Assembly (NCBI GenBank): GCA_043228905.1
Contig: JBHGNT010000015.1
Location: 16,244,001 to 16,308,000 of the forward strand
DNA: 64,000 nt
Source: Azolla caroliniana
Taxonomy: Eukaryota; Plantae; Polypodiophyta
Reading direction: 5' to 3'
Below, piece by piece: positions 36,161-50,300 of the stretch. The translations under genes were made by a program, and so were the position numbers. Every line of letters begins with the position of its first letter. Position 1 is the stretch's first letter. The notes under the pieces are model-generated. The model was not told the origin of the DNA, made no database searches, and saw only the letters and a program-made list of their open reading frames with translations.

Positions 36161-38986
36161 AACAACATCGATAGTTACTCCTGCTTCGGCCTCGGAAATA
36201 GTTTCCACTCTTGCTCGGGTAAGTGATACAGTGTTGATTGCATCCATTTCTAATTCTAAGGACATGGCAGTCATGTCCACTCCAGACATTGCCCTATGTA
36301 CTAGGTCTTTTCCATCAAAATACAATGACTTCTCTGATGTATTTGAGAAGAAAAATGTTGATCGTCTACCTGAATATTGCCCATACGATTGTCCAATTGA
36401 CTTGAAAGATGGTGCTTATCCTCCTTTTCGCCCTATCTATGGGTTATCTGAACCTGAACTCAAGGCCCTCAAAATATACATTGAAGACAATCTCACAAAG
36501 GGATTCATTCACCACTCAAAATCTCCAGCTAGCTCTCCTATCCTATTTGTCAAAAACAAAGATGGAACGTTACGCTTATGTATCGACTATCGCGGGCTCA
36601 ATCAAGTCACTGTTCGAAACCGCTATCCACTACCTCTAATCCCCGAAGTCCTCGACTGACTTCGGGCTAGGTGTATGTTCTCCAAAATCGATCTCAGAGG
36701 CACGCCTACAACTTGGTGCGTATCAAGCCTGGAGATGAATGGAAAATGGCATTTCGAACCAAGTACAAGCATTTTGAATACACGGTAATCCCATTTGGTC
36801 TCACAAACGCTCTTGTAGTTTTTCAACATATGATGAATGATATCTTCCAAGAATATCTGTCTCTACGACATACTTATCTTCTCACAGGACTACATAGAGC
36901 ACACCAAGCACGTCCGACTTATCCTCTCCAAACTTCGGGAACATGGACTTTATGCAAAACCTAAGAAGTGTGAGTTTGATCGAACCTCAATTGAATTCCT
37001 CGGGTATGTTATTTCATCTTATGGTCTCACTATGGACAAGAAGAAAGTCGCAATGGTTCAAGAGTGGGAAGTCCCCACCAAGGTCAAGGATGTGAAATCG
37101 TTTTTGGGTTTTGCCAACTTCTATCGTCGATTCATTCAAGGATTCTCTACATTGGCGCAACCCCTTATAGCACTCACTCGGAAGGATTCTCCTTTTTGCT
37201 GGACTCCTACAACCCAACTGGCATTCGAGACACTAAAGAAAGCTTTTACCTTGGCTCCAGTACTTCTACACCTAGATCTGACCAAACCATTTACAATCGA
37301 AACTAATGCCTCTGACTTCGCCATCAGTGCCATTCTCTCTCAATCAGATAACAATGGGATCCTTCATCCTGTTGCCTTTTATTCTCGGAAGTTCACACCC
37401 CTTGAGATCAACTACCCAGTTTACGACAAAGAACTCTCCACCATTATTGCCACCTTTGACGAATGGCGTCCTTACTTGGCGGGCGCCCAACACCATGTCC
37501 AGGTGGTGACCGATCACAAGAACCTTGTCTACTTCACCACTACTCGCATTTTGAACTGGAGGCAAGCACGATCGTCGACCTTCCTGGCTGATTACGACTT
37601 TGAAATTGTTTTTCGTCCTGGTGCCCAACATGGTAAAGCTGATGCCCTATCTCGAAGTTCAGAATTCGAAATCCAACCAGGAGATGCAATCTACAATCAA
37701 CAATCACGTGGTCTCCTACAACCACATCGTGCGGATGAATCATTACTCAATGCAATAGCGATAGATACTGCCAACGACAAATTTGCAAAAGAGATTAAGG
37801 AGAATCGAGTCAACAACTCAACCATAAGGGAGGTACGAAATATCCATGAAAAATTTATGTTTCGGGATGGTTTTCTTTTCCGGAACAACTTAATGTATGT
37901 CCCAGATGGTCCTTGTCGTATCCGTATCGTGAAGGAGTGCCATGATGATGTCCTAGCTGAACATTTTGGTGTTGCAAAAACTTTGGAGTTAATCTCTAGA
38001 AGTTATTGGTGGCCACAACCTTGGAAACTTGTTAAAAAATTCGTGAAAACATGTGATACATGTGCCCGTGCCAAAGCAGTACATCATCGTCCCTATGGTC
38101 TACTTCAAACTCTACCAATTCCAAATAGGCCATGGGCCTCCATCTCAACAAATTTTATCACTAACCTTCCCAACATTGAGGGATTCAATTCAATATTGGT
38201 GGTGGTTGATAGGTTCACAAACATGGCACATTTTATTCCATGTTCTAAAGCAATTTCAGGGATGGAAACAACACATCTATTGTTAACGAATATTGTGCGT
38301 CTTCATGGTTTACCGGATGACATTATTTCTGATCGCGGTCCCCAATTTATGTCTCATTTCTGGAAACGCCTCTTCCAGACTCTTGGAACTTCCACAAAAT
38401 TTTCAATGGCCTTCCATCCTGAGACAAACGGCCAAACGGAACAAGTAAATCATATCCTCGAGCAATATCTCCGATGTATGATAAGTTATCAACAAGATGA
38501 TTGGATCAAATTTCTTCCAATGGTTGAGTTCGTCTACAACAATAGTCTCCACACATCAACTAGCGTAACACCCTTCTTCACAAATTATGGGTTCCATGCA
38601 CGCTTTAGCATAGCTATCCCTGCTGGTTTTGTGAATTCATCTACTGAAGAACGAGCTCGTCTGATGAAAGAAGTGCATCATGACCTATCCCTAGAACTCT
38701 CCATTGCTCAAGAACGACACAAAGAGAAGGTTGATCGACATCGGTGGGCTGCACTTGGTTTTAAAGTTGGTGACATGGTCTGACTATTACGTCGGCATAT
38801 TCCGACAACTTGCCCATGCAACAAACTCGATTACAAAAAGTTGGGTCCATTCCGCATCATTGACAAAGTCAACCCTGTGGCTTTCCATCTTGCGCTTCCA
38901 TCACACTACTGAATTCACAATGTCTTCCATGCATCACTTCTTGAGCTCTATCATCCATCCTCAATTCCAGGAAGAAGCATCGAGCC

Positions 38987-39254
38987 TGATGAGAAATGCG
39001 CGGAATATCACTCAGCCACAACCGAGTAGTAAATCACTTCTCAATAAGAATCCAGCACAGAAATGGGAGGTGGAGAGTACACAAGAAAATGACACGGGAT
39101 GTTTACGTGGAAAACCCTAATAGGGAAAAACCACGGGAGCCCACAGACTCCGAACTATCACTATGAAGAGAAGAGGTACAATCAGAGACTCGGAGGCAAC
39201 GACCTCGAGCTCTGTTTCTTTGCACAGTGACGGTTACAACAGAGTATCGCTCTG

Positions 39255-39304
<50 letters not shown>

Positions 39305-39546
39305 CAACAATTACAGCAATATCACAACAGCAATAACATAATCACCACATACTAAAGTGATTGCCCTAAGTCATATTTATAGTTATATGAACTTAGGGCT
39401 ATTTACAAATATAGCCTCAATGGCCTTATTCAAGACATATTTACAAATCTGTCTTCTCTTCCGGTTCTCATTGAGTCCACCGATCCGGGTTCCGAATCTC
39501 TTCCGGTTCTCACCGGGTTCCATCCAGAGAGACCGATTTCCCAACA
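38987..39546 (-). mobile_element. Solo LTR (copia-like) inserted between integrase and chromodomain
   Basis: TG...CA termini. Perfect TSD GAGCC at 38982-38986 and 39547-39551. Reverse TATA (TATTTATAG) and TTTACGTGGAAAACCC...GGGAAAAACCACGG motif. Removal restores GRSIEPPPP. Confidence 0.9.
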
Positions 39547-39799
39547 GAGCCACCCCCTCCCCCCCCCCCCTATGGCTTTGGCGACTAGGGATGAGTAAGA
39601 AGTCGAGACCATTCTAGACTCGCGTAAGACCCGACGGAAGCTCCAGTATCTGGTCTTGTGGAAAGGATATCCCATCTCTGAGGCCACATGGGAGCCCGCT
39701 AGAAATTTACTCAATGCCCCGGAAGTGGTTCATGGTTTTCATCTCCGATATCTTGACAAACCCGCACCTTCTTGAAGTCGGCGCTTAAGGGGAGGATAA

Positions 39800-40137
39800 T
39801 GTCATGAACATCAACTTGAATTTTAGCCTTAGGTTCTTCTATATATATATATTTCTCCTAGACAAACTTTAGATTTTAAACCTTTGTATAAAGAGTACTA
39901 TAAGACTCAGTATGTAAGACTCAGTATGTAAGACTTGGCATGCAAGAATTAGTATGCTTGATATTATAATATGTAAGACTTGGCATGAGCATGCTTATCA
40001 TGTTTCACTACATGTATAAAAAGGGTTGATCTCCCTTGTTAACATCAAGGAAATCAACACCAGTCATGGAATAGATATTCTTACTCATTGTCATCAACTT
40101 CCCCATCTCTTTATCTTCCAATTGTTCATTCGTGACA
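39800..40137 (+). repeat. Chromovirus 3' LTR (338 bp)
   Basis: Follows the PPT, matches 23279-23615 and is followed by TSD TTGTC. Confidence 0.95.
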
Positions 40138-43100
40138 TTGTCCTTTGCACTGATCGAGTCGTTTGAAAGCCGCATGCACCTTCTCTAGATGATCAATCTT
40201 TTCGCTATATATAGAAAAATCATCTATAAAAACCCTTACAAACTTTCCAAAAAAGGGTTGAAATACATGAATAGCCAAACGATTAAAAGTAAAAACTACA
40301 TTAATTAATCCAAAGGGCATACACCTATATGCAAAATAATTCCAATGAGTAATAACAGTTGTTTTTCTTTGGTCTTCTTCGGCTATTCTTATTTGAAAAT
40401 AACCAGAGTGACCATCACAAATGGTGTTTAGCTCATGTCTGGCGATCTTATCCAAAATCTCGCTTGACAAGTGTTTGAAGTCGACATGTATACCCACAAC
40501 TTGCCATTCTGTTTTGGAACTACGACGAGTGGTGACACCCACTCTAAATCCTCCAGGGGTAAATGAAATCTGCTCCAATAATGCTTTGACCTCCTTTAAA
40601 AGAGCTTCCTTTTGTACTATACCTAATTGATTAAGATTTTGGGCAATGGGTACACTTTCCTTCAACTTGATGTGGTGCATGATGCCCTCTCCTCTTATCT
40701 TTGAATTGTCATTTATGAAAAACTATGGAAACTTAGAAAGAAGAGAAATCAGCCTTAGATCCTCTTTTCCTTGGACATCGTTTGAAATCATCTTCTTTTT
40801 CCCCTTTAGGGTGATAATACCTTCTTAAATGACTTCTCCTTTATCCTTGGACACCACATGGAACAATTTCTTTTCCTTATCCCACGAAGATTTGTCACTT
40901 GTTATGCTTTCCTCTTCTTGCTTGCCATTGTCGATAGATGTTTCCTTCTCCTTTATACATTTGATTGTTGGTTGTAGATACAAGTCGTAGAAGATGTTAA
41001 ACCCCTTCGATGGTGATAAGTTCATCATAGTTCAAACTTGTATTACATGTAATTCTTGCATCCATGGTCTTACTAATGCTAAGGAACAAGATGGCCACTT
41101 AAGGAGTATTACATGTAAATCCAGGGAAATGGATATGCCAAAACATTCAATAACCACATCCTTTATAATAATTCCCAAACAAGGAACCAAACCCCCATCA
41201 ATTACAACTAATTTAGCCGAGGACTTCTTACAAATGGGAATTCCAATCTTAGTTACTAAAACCTCAGATATAAGACTTATTCTAGGACCACTATCTACCA
41301 AGGCGTCCTTAATTAAAAAACCTTTTTTTGGTTACCGGGATAGTTGGTCAAATATCCTTTCAATATTTCACTTGCACAACTCCCGCATAATGTAACGTCC
41401 TAATGCTCTTTCGTATACTCGATAGACGTCCCCATTCCTTTCGTAGTGATGGAGAAAGTTGAAGAAGTTGTGGCCAAGTGATGTGAGGTCCACTAGAGAT
41501 TAGCTCTTGCTTGAGATCGAACAATTCCACACCTTTCCCCATCGGCATATGATCAATTTTAATCTTTCTTCATGAATGTTTCTTTCTAGGTCCATCCTCC
41601 AATTTAGTCTCCTTAGCCTTCTTCTTTTCTCGAGAGTTACTAGTCTCTCCTTCCATTGCTTTATTTTTTGGGGATTCCCTAGTTCTCTTTATAGGTGCAA
41701 CATCACATTCTTCATTTGTATCATACATAAACTCAAGAAGATTTACATTAGGGGGAATTGTTGGAATTTGAGCTACGATGTTTTCCCCTCCCGCTACTTG
41801 AGACTTGAGCTAGTTAATATTATTGTTTTGATGGTTTTGCGGTTGATACATGCCTCGACCCCAACCACCTTGTCGTTGTGAAGGACATTGTGTTGATATG
41901 TGCCCCTTGACACCACATGTGTAGCAGCACACAATCACTCTTCTTTCCCTTGGAGCATCTCGAGTTTGACTTACATTAAAATTCGCTTGCATTTGTTGGA
42001 TTTGTTGAGTAGCTTCATTCAAACGCCGATTTAATTGCTCTCAGAAGTCCCCTTAGGTGGAATAGTTTCTTGCATTACAGGGGTATTAGTTAGATATGTT
42101 GTTGGAGATGTCATAAAAACATTAGGAAACACTTGCCCACCATGTAATATTGATGATTGTTTAAGAATAGGGGATGCAATTAGATTACCTCCAATTGTTA
42201 CCACTGTTAAATTGACTCTTACTTGTAGAAACTTGATTTGTCTATTGTAAGCTTGACAAGTTTCTAGGAGTGCTTGGGAAGTTCTAGGATTCTTTAGACT
42301 TTCTTCCAACACAAAGTGCGGAATTAATCCCACTTTAAAGCAGTCCATCTTAAACCATTCATCCTTTGTACCCCCACGTAATCGAATCCATGTAGTCCAA
42401 AGGTCAATAAACTCCCTCTCATAATCGTTATACTCCATCGTTGAGGACATTCACAAGCGAAAGAGTTCCTCCCGCACTTCCATTGCATTATGACGTCTAA
42501 TATACTTGGCTTTAAATTGTTGCACCAACAGTTGGTAATTTACTTGTTGGTTAGGTTGCAAGGACTCATACCAATCCCATGCTCATCCATAAAAAGTGGC
42601 CGCCAATAGAGGCAGCTTCTCAAAAATTGTCATCTTCCCTATTGATACTGCGTAATGTTCGAAGGCGGCCAAGAAAGCTCCTACATCTTGGACCCCATCA
42701 CCTACAAAAGCAAATTGAAAAGCCATATTGGCTAAAAATAAGACCTTCCAATAATACAGACAGAATATGCCTTCCCTCTAATACAGAAAGAATCGACCCT
42801 CCTTGGAGCACCAAATGATGAAGGGAGATAGAAAAAAGATAGAGAGGAGAAAGGAATGTTATATTATACCCAACTAAAAAGCTTCTTAGACTCCAACTAA
42901 AAACTCAACTATATAGAACTTTTTTTCTTTCTATGACTTTACACCAAAAAAGACTTTCCTTCTTCCCTCCTACCAAGACTCTTCTCACTTCTTATAAACT
43001 TTCTATTCTTCCTCCCTCCTCCCATTGCTAAGAATACCCTCCTATCTATAGGTTTTTAGTTGCTTTTTTCTTTTCTTTTCTTTTCTTTTTAAATATATGT

Positions 43101-43610
43101 GAGGCGTTTTTTATATTACTATTTTTCCTCTGTCATCCCAAATTTGTCCTAAAAGACTTTTTGGGAGAGCTCTTGTTATCAGCTTTTTTATGCATCTTTT
43201 CTTTTGAAATTTGGATACCCGATGAAGAAGTCATGAGCTTTTTTTCTTTGCCTAAATTTTCATATCCACGTCTTGTTTTTTCTGCCTTTTTCCCTGCTTC
43301 TTATTTTCTCTTAATTTAGGTCACTATGTCTTCTTTGACATAGTGACCTAAATTCGTTCTTCCGAATGAAAATTTCAATTCTCCTAGAGAGATGCATAAA
43401 AAAAGTAGAGGAATTGTTCAAAGTTTGTTGTTATTTTGATAGCCTTTTTTCATAGGCTGACCATCCAGCTATGCGATACTCTTGAGCTTCATTTTCCCGA
43501 CCTGACCTACTAGTCTCTCTTTTCCTCGAATAACTTTGGGTCCATTTTTCAGTCCAAAATTGGAGCATACTCTTTCGCGGATACCCATTGGGGACACATC
43601 TTCTACATCA
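40138..43610 (-). mobile_element. Tat-like Ty3/gypsy element, 5' part: LTR, PBS, gag, zinc knuckle, protease, RT
   Basis: LTR 42816-43610 (TGATG...CATCA). PBS TGGTGCTCCAAGG on - at 42801-42813. CYTCGVKGHISTQC, VDSGPRISLISE, CDGHSGYFQIRIAEEDQRKT...MPFGL...VFIDDFSIYS. Confidence 0.88.
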
Positions 43611-43924
43611 CAGGAAATTCTGACAACTCCACTTACTTACACATGGTGAGAACTACATTTTAAAATTGAGGCCTCTGATATGTATCTATTTGTCTCTTTT
43701 ATCTATTTGTGCTTTAAACTCACTCACATAGGAGCTTGCACCTTCATCATGTGTGCATGTCATCCTCTTAGAAAAATCGGGCATAGTTGAGTGTCGCTCT
43801 ACTAAACTATAGCCTTCAGTTCCTTCACTTGTGTTAGTTTGTTGCGACCCTGTGGCAAAGGCTTTTTCACACCTTCAGTGTTGTTTCCGATTGAGAGAGG
43901 TCTAACATACCTTTGCCAATGACA

Positions 43925-44056
43925 ATGGAATCGGCAACGGTTTGGTTTTGGCTAAACCGGTTTGGTCTTGTCCACACCAAACCAGTTTGGATCAACCGTT
44001 TAAAACGGTTTGACGGCTCGGTTCAGGCTTGAGCTGAGCCGTTCTCAACTCCTACT
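43925..44056. mobile_element. Small hAT-like MITE remnant upstream of RRP45
   Basis: Left end (AT)GGAATCGGCAACGG, right end CCGTTCTCAACTCCTA. Internal AAACCG/CGGTT repeats. Shares CGGTTCAGGCTTGAGCT.AGCC with 58343-58364. No TSD found. Confidence 0.55.
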
Positions 44057-44343
44057 TGCATTTAGAAAATCAAAGAGGAAAGGCCATCAAGAATTTGCAG
44101 AAGCCATGAGCTCAAAAAACAGGGTATATACTGGAGATGATTGTGGTTTGTGGGGATTCGTTGGATCTGACTTGGGCTTCAATTGCTGTTTGTGGGCGAT
44201 TTGTTCGATCTGACTGACTTGGGATTCAAATTTCAATTGCTGTTTGTGGGCGATTGATTGGTGTCTCATATGCATTTGATTGAGCGGGGTCCGTCCTTGA
44301 ATGGGGAGTGATTGATTAGCTGAGGAGGAGAGGGACTCACTCC

Positions 44344-47300
44344 ATGGTGGCGGCCTCGGCCTCCAGAGGGACCAATGCCACTGCTTCTGCTTTCCTGCTT
44401 GCTGCGCTGCAGGGAGCAGAGGAGGAGGGGCAGAGATTAGATGGGCGCCGGCCTTTCGATGCACGCCGACTCACAATTAGCTTTTCCAGGTATTCACCCT
44501 TCATCGTCCATCTTATTCACAGCTTTCCCCAAATCGGTAGTCTTTTCCCTTCTATTTATCTATCCACACCATAGGAGCTTTGTTTCCAGATAAAGCATAT
44601 CATTTTACCAGTGTATTGTGGTGGTTCTGTTTCCATTAAAACCATAGCGATTCACATACATCTCAAGAACTCAACCTACCCACATTCATCCAGTGGGACT
44701 TAGCATCACAATCTATATATTTAGGTCATGAATCCTAAGATTTTATGTCTCCATTATCACTTGGACACTATCTTTGTAGAAGCTTTTGCTAGAATTTCTG
44801 CTTCATAATTGATCGCTTTATTCATTTTTGTGAGATCTTCAAAGAAATAAAGATTAGTACATTGGTTGTTCTATCATTTGGTGAAGATTCAGCCCTAAAT
44901 ATTGGGATAGATTCTCTGGGAGTATTTCATTTTCTTGCACACCATTTGATGAAATCCATAGCATACTTTCTTGTCAATGGTTGCGTTGAAACATTACTTT
45001 GATCCAGGGAATGAAACTTAAACGTCTACATCTATAATGTAGTAAAACATATCGAGATTCATCGTTTCTCTTTCTCCTATCAGCATTTATTAGTTTAAGT
45101 GAGAAATGTATCATTTGTGCATACTATCAATAAATCATGGTGGAGTTCATAATCTAGAAAGTGTTGTCGCATGATCGGAGGGGTGATTACACTACTCCAA
45201 CCTATCCCTTAAGAGTTTTTTATTTACTTCTTTTCTTTATTTGAAAGATAGTTTCACCTTACGAAGTATACATGAACTTTTAATACAGACAATATATTTT
45301 TTTCACCATTATAGATGAAATTATGGGCATTGGTTGGATATAATTAAAGAATCAATTGAAGTAGTAGACATGTAGGAGCTGAAATAAAGGTTACAAAAAT
45401 ATTGATTTATGCATTTGGTGCAGCAACTTTTCTAGACTCTACATCATTGACCTTTGGTACCCCTGAAAACTTGATTACTGTTCCTATACTGTTGAATGTT
45501 TACATGATTTTCTTTAAATCATTATCCAGAGAGGATGGTGTTGCAGAGGTCCAGCTGGGTCAGACTCATATAATGTGTGTTGTGAGCTGTGTATTAGTGC
45601 AGCCATTCCCTGATCGACACAATGAAGGCATTTTAGCTGTATATACAGAGTTTTCTCCAATGGCAGATCCAACATTTGAAGTTGGTCAGCTGGCAGAGGG
45701 TGCTGTGGAGCTTGGGCAAATCATCGATCGCGGATTGCGGTTTGTGGCTAGATCTATTTGTTTTTTCCCAAAGAAAAAGAAAGACTAGCTGCTTATTATC
45801 CTTTACTATCTGATGTGAATACAGGGAAAGCAGAGCAATAGACACGGAGTCGTTATGTGTTTTAGCAGGAAAGGCAGTCTGGTCTTTGCGTATTGATATT
45901 TGTATTCTCAACAATGGAGGGTTGGTGATTTATTAAGCACAAATCTTGAAGCAGTTCATAATCAAAATAGATGTCAAGCCAGCAATCTTTCTGTTGTGCA
46001 TCTATAGGAATCTGGTAGATGCAGCAAATGTTGCTGCTTTAGCAGCGTTGCTGTCTTTTCGGAGACCTGAATGCACCATTGGAGGCCCTGGAGGTCAGGA
46101 TATCATAGTTTATCCTCCAGAGGTTTGGCAATCATTTATGCGAGACATCTTGCTTTTTGTATTATACTCCATATTTCTCATAATCCTTTTCAGGTACGGG
46201 AACCTGTTCCATTAATTATCCACTTTCTGCCAGTTTCTGTGACATTCGGGCTCCTTGGTGATGGAGAAGTTGTGGTACCTTCTTCTTTTCTTGTCTTAAC
46301 CCATACTCATGTATGTAATGGTCACATTTGACAATGTACAATATTGCAGGTCATGGACCCAACCTACCAAGAAGAACTGCTAATGAAAGGAAGGCTGACT
46401 GTTACTTTGAATGCACAAGGGGATATTTGTTCAATTCAAAAAGGAGGTGGAAGTGGGATGCTCTCGACTGATATCATGAGATGTTTACAAATCGCATCTA
46501 CAAAGGTTGCAAATGTTACTGTAACATTAAAAAAGGCGGTGAGTAGTTCTTTTTTTCCTTGCTGGAAGCTGATTATTATTTAGTGATGTCTCTTTTTTAT
46601 GTCTGAAGTCAGATTATTATTTAGTGATGGTGAATGTGGGTTGTATTACTCAAGCAAAAATCTTCACTTTTGGCATTCACCTGTCAACACTTTGATATGG
46701 ATTGTCAATGTGGTCTATGATTGCTGCAATGTTGACACTCTATCAATGATCTGCAGAAGGCCTTAGGTGTCCCTCTTCTTGTGGTTGAGCTAATCCTTCT
46801 GGGCATGGCCAGCTTCTGTGGTGTGACAGGCAGTGTGTACAAGCCCCAGAACGTTAAACAGCTATTTAGGCCCTTTCCTACCTACCGTATCACAATTCCA
46901 GTGCTTTTCCCTGAATGAAAACCAGAAACAATGAAAAGGCTTACACCAATGTTGATTGTTCTGGAGAGGGATACAGAATGCTTCATTTCCACATTTCTGT
47001 TGTCAATGAGATGGTGACATTCATTATCCCTCAATAGTTATCAGACCTTTAGTTTAGGGTTGAGCTACCCTTGTGAATAGCTAATGTCAATCTAACAATC
47101 GTTTCGTAAAGAAGTAAAACATCGAGAAATTGATGAGGATACTTTCTGAGTGTTTTTTGCCTTCCATAAGTTTTAGATCGTGCAAGCTCTTTGAGGCTAT
47201 AGCTCCAAACTGATCTTGAAACTGACTCAAAACCGTTTTTGAGGGTGGTGATTAACATCTTTACCCACAATTAGCTATGGCCCAATTAATAAGTTTTGAA

Positions 47301-50300
47301 AGTATGCTTAAAAAGTTTAGAAACTTCGATACAATACACAATTGATCCAAAGCTCAGTGTTTGCACCCATTTCTTTATTAATCTAACGAGAAACAAAAGA
47401 TTACAAGAATAGTATGTTTTAGCCGGCCAATGCAAGTTTTGGAAACAAGCCCGAATGAGTGTCTCAACTAACTTGCTTTGTTGCTCAAAAACTATGGTTA
47501 TTAATTTTCTCATGATTTTTCAGAAACCCTAACTTCTGGAATCAGTAATCAACATACAGACCAATGATCCACAGATCAACCCTAATTTTTTATTAGAAAC
47601 CATCAAATTGGAAAATCCCAAAGTTCTGATCATTTAAAAAACAGCAGATTAGAAACTGTAATGTCTTATGAGACAATAGAAACCCTAAATTTTGTGATTG
47701 AGAAGTGTGAAGTCAGTTTTTGTTCGTAAGAAACAATTGTTGCAAATACGTTGGATGCTAAGATGTTCAAGAATAAAGCACAATATAAAAGGTATAACAA
47801 TCAAAGAATGGAACTTGAAGGCGTTTTTCAATCAAAAGTGTTAAAAAGTAGAAAAAAGCAAGGCGTGGATACGAAATTTAGATAGATAAAAAAGCTCATA
47901 ACTTCTTCATCCAATATCCAAATTTCAAAAGAAAATATGCATAAAAAAAGCTCACAATGAGAGGTTTCCAAAAATATCTGAATTACAAATTTGGGATTAC
48001 AAAGGAGAAACAGTGATATAAAAAAGCAAGAATAACGCAACCAAAAAACTATAAATAGGAGGGTATTCTTAGCCATAAGGGGGGGGAGGGAGGAAGAATA
48101 AAAGGTCAACAAGAAGTGAGGAGAGTCTTAGTAGGAGGAAGAAGGGAAGTCTATTTTTCGTTTAGAGTAATATAAAGAAAAAAGGTTTATGTAGTTGGAG
48201 TTTAAGAAGCTTGTATTGTTCCTCCTATGGTATAATATAACATTCCTTTCTCTTCCTCTTCTCTTCTCTATCTCTATTCCAAGGAGGGTCGATTCTTTCC
48301 ATATGAGAGGGCGTGTTGGTTCTTTCTGTACCATAGGGAAGGTAGATTCCATTCGTATCATTGGAAGGGCTTGTTTTTAGCCAATTTGCCTCTTCTTTTC
48401 TCTATCTCTCTTCCAAGGAGGGTCGATTCTTTCCATATCAGAGGGCGGGTTGATTCTTTCAGTACCATAGGGAAGGTAGATTCCATTCATATCATTGGAA
48501 GGGCTTGTTTTTAGACAATATGGCTTTTCAATTTGCTTTTGCAGGTGCTCGGATTCAAGATGTGGGAACTTTCTTGGCTGCCTTTGAACATCATGCAATA
48601 TCAATAGGGAAGATGATCGATATCAAGAAGCTTCCTCTATTGGTGTCCACTTTTTATGGACGAGCAAGGGATTGGTGCGAGTCCTCGCAACCTAACCAAC
48701 AAGTCAATTACCAACTGTTGGTGTAACAATTTAAAGCAAAGTATATTTGACGTCGTAATGCAACAGAAGTTGCGGGAAGAACTCTTTCGCTTGCGAATGT
48801 CCTCAACAACAAAGTACAACGATTATGAGTAGGAGTTTATTGACCTTTGGACTTCGTGACTCTGATTACATGGTGGAACAAAGGATGATTGATTTAAGAT
48901 AGACCGCTTTAAAGCGGGATTAAGTCCGCACTTCGCATTGGAGACAATTCTAAAGAATCCTACAAGTTTCCAAGCTCTAGTGCAAACTTGTGCTGCGATA
49001 ATTGGAGCTAATGTAATTGCATCTCCTATTCTTAGACAATCATCAATAGTACATGGAGGGCAAGTGTTTCCTGATGTTTTTGTGACATCTCCAACAACAT
49101 ATCAAACTAATGCCTTGGTAATGCAAGAAACTATTCTACCTAAAATAGAAGGAGATTTCTCAGAGCATGTAAATTGGCATTTAAATGAAGGTACGCAACA
49201 AATCTAATAAATGCAAGCAAATTTTAATGTAAGTCAAAGTCAAGATGCTCCAAAACCAAGGGGAGTGATCGTATACTATACATGTGGTGTTGAGGGACAA
49301 GGTGATTGGGATTAAGGCATGTATCAACTTCAGAGTAATCAAAACAACACTAACAACTTTAACCAGCTCAAGAACCATGTTGTAGGAAGGGAAAGTACTT
49401 TAGTGCAAATTCCAAGAATTCCCCATAAGGTAAATCTTCTTGACTTTGTGTTATGATATAACTGAAGATTGTGATGTTGCACTCACATTAAGACAACTAG
49501 TGCATCACATAAAAATAAAGAGTTGGAGGAGAGTCTAGTAACTCTCAACAAAAGAAGAAGGCTAAGGAGACTAATTTGGAGGATAGACCTAGAAAGAAAC
49601 ATTTGCGAAAATAGACCTAGTTGATCGAATATCCTTTCGATCTTTCACTTGCACAATTCTCACATAATGTAATGTCCTAATGCTTTTCCGCATACTCGAT
49701 AGACGTCTCCATTCCTTTCGTAGTGATGGAGATAGTTAAAGTTGTGGCCAAGTGATGTGAGGTCCACTAGAGATTAGCTCTTGCTTGAGATTGAATGACT
49801 CCACACCTTTCTCCATCGGCTATCGTCAATTTTAATCTTTCTTCATGAATGCTTCTTTCTAGAATTATCCTCCAAATTAGTCTCCTTAGCCTTCTTCTTT
49901 TAGTAACTTCATCCAAACGCCGATTTACTTGCTCTAAGAAATCTCCTTTTATTTTAGGTAGAATAGTTTCTTGCATTACCAAGGCATTAGTTTGATATGT
50001 TGTTGGAGATGTCACAAAAACATCAAGAAACACTTGCCCTCCATGTACTATTGATGATTGTCTAAGAATAGGAGATGCAATTACATTAGCTCCAATTATC
50101 GCAGCTATCAAATCAGCTCCTACTTCTAGAACCTTGATTTGTTTATCGTAAGCTTGATAGGTTTGCACTAGATCTTGGAAAGTTGTAGGATTCTTTAGAA
50201 TTGTCTCCAACACGAAGTGCGGACTTAATCCCGCTTTAAAGCGGTCTATCTTAAATCAATCATCCCACTCATAATCGTTGTACTTTGTTGTTGAGGACAT

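Larger units (their letters stand above)
35550..39775 (+). pseudogene. Chromovirus pol: protease C-half, repeat spacer, RT, RNase H, integrase, chromodomain
   Basis: [64 protein letters not shown]...FHPETNGQTE. Chromodomain EVETILDSR...YLVLWKGYPISEATWEP at about 39595-39700. Frameshifts and stops present. Confidence 0.92.
23279..40137 (+). mobile_element. Ty3/gypsy chromovirus (Tcn1/Tf1/sushi-like), full extent including nested insertions
   Basis: Paired LTRs 23279-23615 and 39800-40137 (TGTCA...TGACA), TSD TTGTC at 23274-23278 and 40138-40142, PPT AAGGGGAGGATAA at 39787-39799. gag, PR-RT-RH-IN and chromodomain in Ty3 order. Confidence 0.95.

Noticed and set aside
35675-36226. Cys/His-rich 183-aa ORF ([17 protein letters not shown] repeats) resembling a metallothionein
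   Set aside because: Alternate reading of the in-frame pol minisatellite; the pol frame joins PR to RT.
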